Shown: one piece after another, positions 60,232-64,000 of the stretch
How the letters are laid out: the number at the start of each line of letters is the position of its first letter
Numbering within the stretch: the stretch's first letter is position 1
From: a virus
IMG/VR virus record: IMGVR_UViG_3300001765_000052
Strand: one strand, 5' to 3'
DNA: 64,000 bases
The notes under the pieces: generated by a model
What the model was told of the DNA's origin: nothing
Database searches by the model: none
Seen by the model: only the letters and a program-made list of their open reading frames with translations
Position numbers and translations under genes: made by a program

Positions 60232-61854
60232 ATGTTTCCGAAATCTATGCAGTCACTAATCAATGACAATACACCAAAGCTAAATAGAGATCTAGCGGAG
60301 GGTTTGGCATGTAAACACATGACGCAAGTGGAACAATATGTAGATAGTATCTTTTCATCGTCTGCTGGTGGATTTCCGACCGGCATGGTTTATAATGGTT
60401 ATAGACGATGTACACCACAAGAAGAGTATTATGAGTTAACAAAGAAAAAAGGTAGTCGCTGTATGTTCGATGTAGCACGAAGCGACGTCTATCTAGTTGA
60501 GTTTATGTTTAGCTATGAAGGGGAACCTCTTCCGTCTAAATATTTGTTGATGCCTTTTGTAGGTGATGCTGGTTCGATTTATCTAGGTGGGTCAAAGTTC
60601 ACAATTTCACCTATACTCTCGGACCGTGTCATTTCAGTACACCTTACAAATGTATTCGTAAGATTATTAAAAGCTAGGTTGACTTTTAAAAGAGTTCCTC
60701 AGCATTACATGGTTAACAGTGTCCGCGAAAGTGTACAAGTAGCTTATGGTTATATTTATAATGAAAATAGCGACAGTGGTTCTACAAGTAAAACTGTTAA
60801 AACATATTGTACGTTAACACATTATCTATTTTGTAAATATGGGTTTCATGATACTTTCAGTATGTTTACAAATTGTAACCCAGTAGTGGGGACAACCGAT
60901 ACAATTAATGAGACAACACATCCGCAAAATGAATGGGTTATATGTAATAGTAGTTGTTATATGTCTACTAATAAACCAAAAGGTTTTAGTAAGATGTATT
61001 ATGAACCCAGTAAAATATGTTTAGCAATACGCATAGAGGAATTTACTACAATTGTAAAAAATCTAGTAGGTGGTTTCTTTTACTGTGTGGATCAATTTCC
61101 AACATTTATTCTTCCGGAATATATTAACCATAAAGAATTATGGATGTATTTATTAGGTCAAATTATTTGGAGCCCTGATGTTAATCGTGGAAAATTAATC
61201 AGTGATGTATCTGATCACATTGCATCATTAGATGAATATGTTGATAATATTGTTATAAATAAATTAGCAGATATTGGTTTTAATTGTACAGACATTTATC
61301 AAATATTCTTTTTAATTATTGATAAATTTGACGAATGGTTATTATCATCTGGTGACAGAGTTAATACAATGTATAATAAAGAACTGAGTATACTTTATTA
61401 TGTTTGTTATGAAATTAGTAGTAGTATTGTCAAATTGTGTTTTAAACTTAAAGCAGCGCAAAAGAAAGATATTAATAAGAATAAGATTATTGGTATTATG
61501 AATAAAGGTTTGAAACCCGGACTCATATATAAAATAACAAAGGATCACGGAGAAGTATCTACAGTGTATACTTCTGGTGATAACAAAGCGTTAAAAGCTA
61601 CATTAATCTTAGTTTCCCAGAGTGGTAGTAAAAGAAACAAAACTAAGAAAGACAGACTATCTTTAGCAGATCCTGGAAAGCGACTTAATGCATCTATAGC
61701 AGAAGTTGGAAGTTATTGTGGTTTATCAAAAGCCGAACCAACAGGGAGAAACAAACTGAATTTATGTGTAAAAATTAATTCTACTGGGTTAATATTACGA
61801 AACCCAAAATATACAGAATTAATAGACAATGTGCAGAATCTCATCCGAAGATAA
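60232..61854 (+). CDS. non-virion RNA polymerase beta subunit, N-terminal part (phiKZ gp123-like)
   Basis: LLMPFV...IYLGGSKF.ISPILSD, LFCKYG and SIAEVGS....SK.EP.GR..LN motifs, plus synteny after the capsid gene. Confidence 0.75.
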   Translation: MFPKSMQSLINDNTPKLNRDLAEGLACKHMTQVEQYVDSIFSSSAGGFPTGMVYNGYRRCTPQEEYYELTKKKGSRCMFDVARSDVYLVEFMFSYEGEPLPSKYLLMPFVGDAGSIYLGGSKFTISPILSDRVISVHLTNVFVRLLKARLTFKRVPQHYMVNSVRESVQVAYGYIYNENSDSGSTSKTVKTYCTLTHYLFCKYGFHDTFSMFTNCNPVVGTTDTINETTHPQNEWVICNSSCYMSTNKPKGFSKMYYEPSKICLAIRIEEFTTIVKNLVGGFFYCVDQFPTFILPEYINHKELWMYLLGQIIWSPDVNRGKLISDVSDHIASLDEYVDNIVINKLADIGFNCTDIYQIFFLIIDKFDEWLLSSGDRVNTMYNKELSILYYVCYEISSSIVKLCFKLKAAQKKDINKNKIIGIMNKGLKPGLIYKITKDHGEVSTVYTSGDNKALKATLILVSQSGSKRNKTKKDRLSLADPGKRLNASIAEVGSYCGLSKAEPTGRNKLNLCVKINSTGLILRNPKYTELIDNVQNLIRR

Positions 61855-61866
61855 AAGGAACACGAA

Positions 61867-63861
61867 ATGCAAAACAATCAATTACCATTCCCTATTGATA
61901 AACTTATCAATAATTTTGTTTACACACAACCTGGTAATTTTAATGGACAATTAAATATCCCAGTAAATCCAATGCTGATGCCGTATCTTTCTTTTATAGG
62001 AACATCGTGTATCGAAGCTATTCAATCGAAGGCAAATGATAATCCACTTCGGGTATTTTTGTTTAACCAAATGTCCCAAAATGCGTACAATAACCAACAG
62101 TTTTACAGTTTGGTTAAATTGACAGCAGAATATGCAGACATGGGTTTATCTAAAGGTACATATGCAAATCCAAATGATGCAATCATTGATAGCTCCATAA
62201 AGATGACTGAATTATTAGGTATTAGTAATGTTAATACGTATCCTGCATTAAGTTCGTATTTACCTATGACCATGAATCAATCTATTCAAAATGGATTGAA
62301 TATACTGAATAGGGTAGCACAGGAGTTATCCCAGTTCCAAAGTTCTAATAATGGATTCAGAAATCAACAAAATTTTGTAAATCCAACCGCTCAGCAATTT
62401 AACCAACCATTTACACCACAAGTACCGCAACAACAATTTAATAGACCGTTTGTTCCTCAACAGCAATTTAACCAACCGAATAATGGAATGTATGGCCAAC
62501 AAAATAACAATCAAATGTTTAGTAATATGCGAAACAGTATGGTGCAACAACCTGGAGCACCTGGATTAAATGGTTCATATTTAGTTAATGAACCACTACC
62601 GGCTCCAGTGCCAAATGCAGTACCTGTACAACCTATTGTTCAACCACAACCTATAACACCTGTTAACTATTCTGGTGATAATGAATGTGATCAATATGGT
62701 AAACTTATTAAATGGATTCCATGTGAAGAATACCCATTTAATTTAGCATATAACAAACATTCACATGACCTGCGATATGAGTCAAAATCAGAAAAAGTAA
62801 CCAAACCGTTTACTTTAGAATTAACACCAGAAAAGCTTATGGAGCGAATTAAGCAATTTAAAGCCAGAACTATACCCGATACATTTATTCCAACAAGTGA
62901 TAAGGAAACTAATGAACGTAAGAATGAATTTATTTATGGGTTAAATAAAGGTAAAATTTCAGATAGAAAAAAGGATCTTGATATCATGTTAGATAAGTTG
63001 GAAGACACAGAGGTTTCTAAAGATTCCGTAGTTGAGCTAATTACAACGAAAGATAAAAATTCTATCGGTATTAGTGATGAAGAAATCTGGCGAGATTGTG
63101 ATACAATGTTAAAAGCAAAGATAGTTGATGATGATAAAATCATCGCTTACAGTACTGGTGCTATTTTGAATGACCCGTACATCAGTGTCGAAGATCCAAA
63201 ACCACTACTGGATAAATTGTTAGGATGTGATAATTTTATCAAGTTTACTAGTACACTTAAGGACTCTAAGGCAATAGCTTTAAAGGCTGAAAATCAAACG
63301 GATGCTATGGCGACTATTAATTATATTAATAAGCGAATAACTGATAAACTTAATAGGTTTTTGAATAATCAATTAGCATTACCTACTAGCATTGATTCGT
63401 TTATTGATGAAGGTGTAGAACTTATTGATTATGTTCACGTTAAATATGGTGAAAAATTTAGCAACGAAATACGTGCAGAACAGTATACAATTATTAAGGA
63501 TTCATGTGTATACGCTGCTGAAGGGTTTGAGTCTTCTTTGTCACCATATTACGCACCACCAGTTTTAGAAAATGTTGATATTAAACCTTGTATTACTTAT
63601 TTATTAACATCTGATTATTTTGTTTCGCTAAATTGTTTCAGTGTTGACTTAGATTTTGAAATCCCTGAAGGTACTAACTCAGTTGCGATATTCTTTGAAA
63701 ATGTTCCTATATTGTACAGACTAGCTGCTCTTTTATATCATCAGGCGGATAACTACAATATGAAGTTTAACCGATGCTTAATCCGAACATTGGATCGCAA
63801 AGTTTTTATACTTACAAGAAGTTGTATTGATAGTAACACTTTCTTGATTGGAGTGGTTTAA
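61867..63861 (+). CDS. conserved jumbo-phage protein with a Gln/Asn/Pro-rich disordered middle
   Basis: 664-aa ORF with QQFNQPF repeats. Confidence 0.75.
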   Translation: MQNNQLPFPIDKLINNFVYTQPGNFNGQLNIPVNPMLMPYLSFIGTSCIEAIQSKANDNPLRVFLFNQMSQNAYNNQQFYSLVKLTAEYADMGLSKGTYANPNDAIIDSSIKMTELLGISNVNTYPALSSYLPMTMNQSIQNGLNILNRVAQELSQFQSSNNGFRNQQNFVNPTAQQFNQPFTPQVPQQQFNRPFVPQQQFNQPNNGMYGQQNNNQMFSNMRNSMVQQPGAPGLNGSYLVNEPLPAPVPNAVPVQPIVQPQPITPVNYSGDNECDQYGKLIKWIPCEEYPFNLAYNKHSHDLRYESKSEKVTKPFTLELTPEKLMERIKQFKARTIPDTFIPTSDKETNERKNEFIYGLNKGKISDRKKDLDIMLDKLEDTEVSKDSVVELITTKDKNSIGISDEEIWRDCDTMLKAKIVDDDKIIAYSTGAILNDPYISVEDPKPLLDKLLGCDNFIKFTSTLKDSKAIALKAENQTDAMATINYINKRITDKLNRFLNNQLALPTSIDSFIDEGVELIDYVHVKYGEKFSNEIRAEQYTIIKDSCVYAAEGFESSLSPYYAPPVLENVDIKPCITYLLTSDYFVSLNCFSVDLDFEIPEGTNSVAIFFENVPILYRLAALLYHQADNYNMKFNRCLIRTLDRKVFILTRSCIDSNTFLIGVV

Positions 63862-63870
63862 ATTTACATA

Positions 63871-63906
63871 CATAAAAAGAGGATGCGCTAGGCTCCTCTT
63901 TTTATG
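63871..63906 (+). terminator. hairpin terminator
   Basis: cataaaaagagga...tcctctttttatg. Confidence 0.7.
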
Positions 63907-63920
63907 CTATAAAATCGTAT

Positions 63921-64000
63921 TCCAGATTTTTTCAATCACATATGACTAAATTGAATAGGTATAGTAATGTCTTACTAATACTGTTATTCATTAGTGTAAA
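63921..64000 (+). promoter_or_regulatory. early-promoter and leader module (gene lies beyond the window)
   Basis: tccagattttttcaatcacatatgactaaattgaataggtat. Confidence 0.6.

Overview
This AT-rich (about 30% GC) window is best explained as part of a phiKZ-like jumbo phage genome (Chimalliviridae-type), read in the standard genetic code. It opens with four paralogous inner-head proteins carrying [S/A]-x-E protease motifs and a block of conserved virion or hypothetical genes. A long accessory and early region follows: tmk, thyX, a macro-domain protein, a free-standing HNH, an SNF2-like helicase, class II nrdJ, an SLT, a deaminase, TilS with a tRNA(CAU), SGNH, NUDIX, RyR, ligA and dcd. The right end holds the core block: DnaB split by a group I intron with an HNH gene, the major capsid protein and a non-virion RNAP beta subunit. 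The NrdJ, LigA and H-NS-like sequences hint at a betaproteobacterial host (inference). The signals the gene list does not explain are: (1) dispersed single-gene cassettes with a shared promoter and covarying leader hairpin and a shared 3' element; (2) an RNA island at 32.5-35.2 kb with a tRNA inside a 20-bp inverted repeat, a D-arm-less tRNA-like RNA and two large structured ncRNA candidates; (3) an HNH insertion that duplicates the 5' end of its target gene; (4) a GIY-YIG-like domain fused to an H-NS oligomerisation domain; (5) a shared C-terminal P-x-[FY]-x-x-W tail. All product calls come from motif recognition by eye; no database searches were run.
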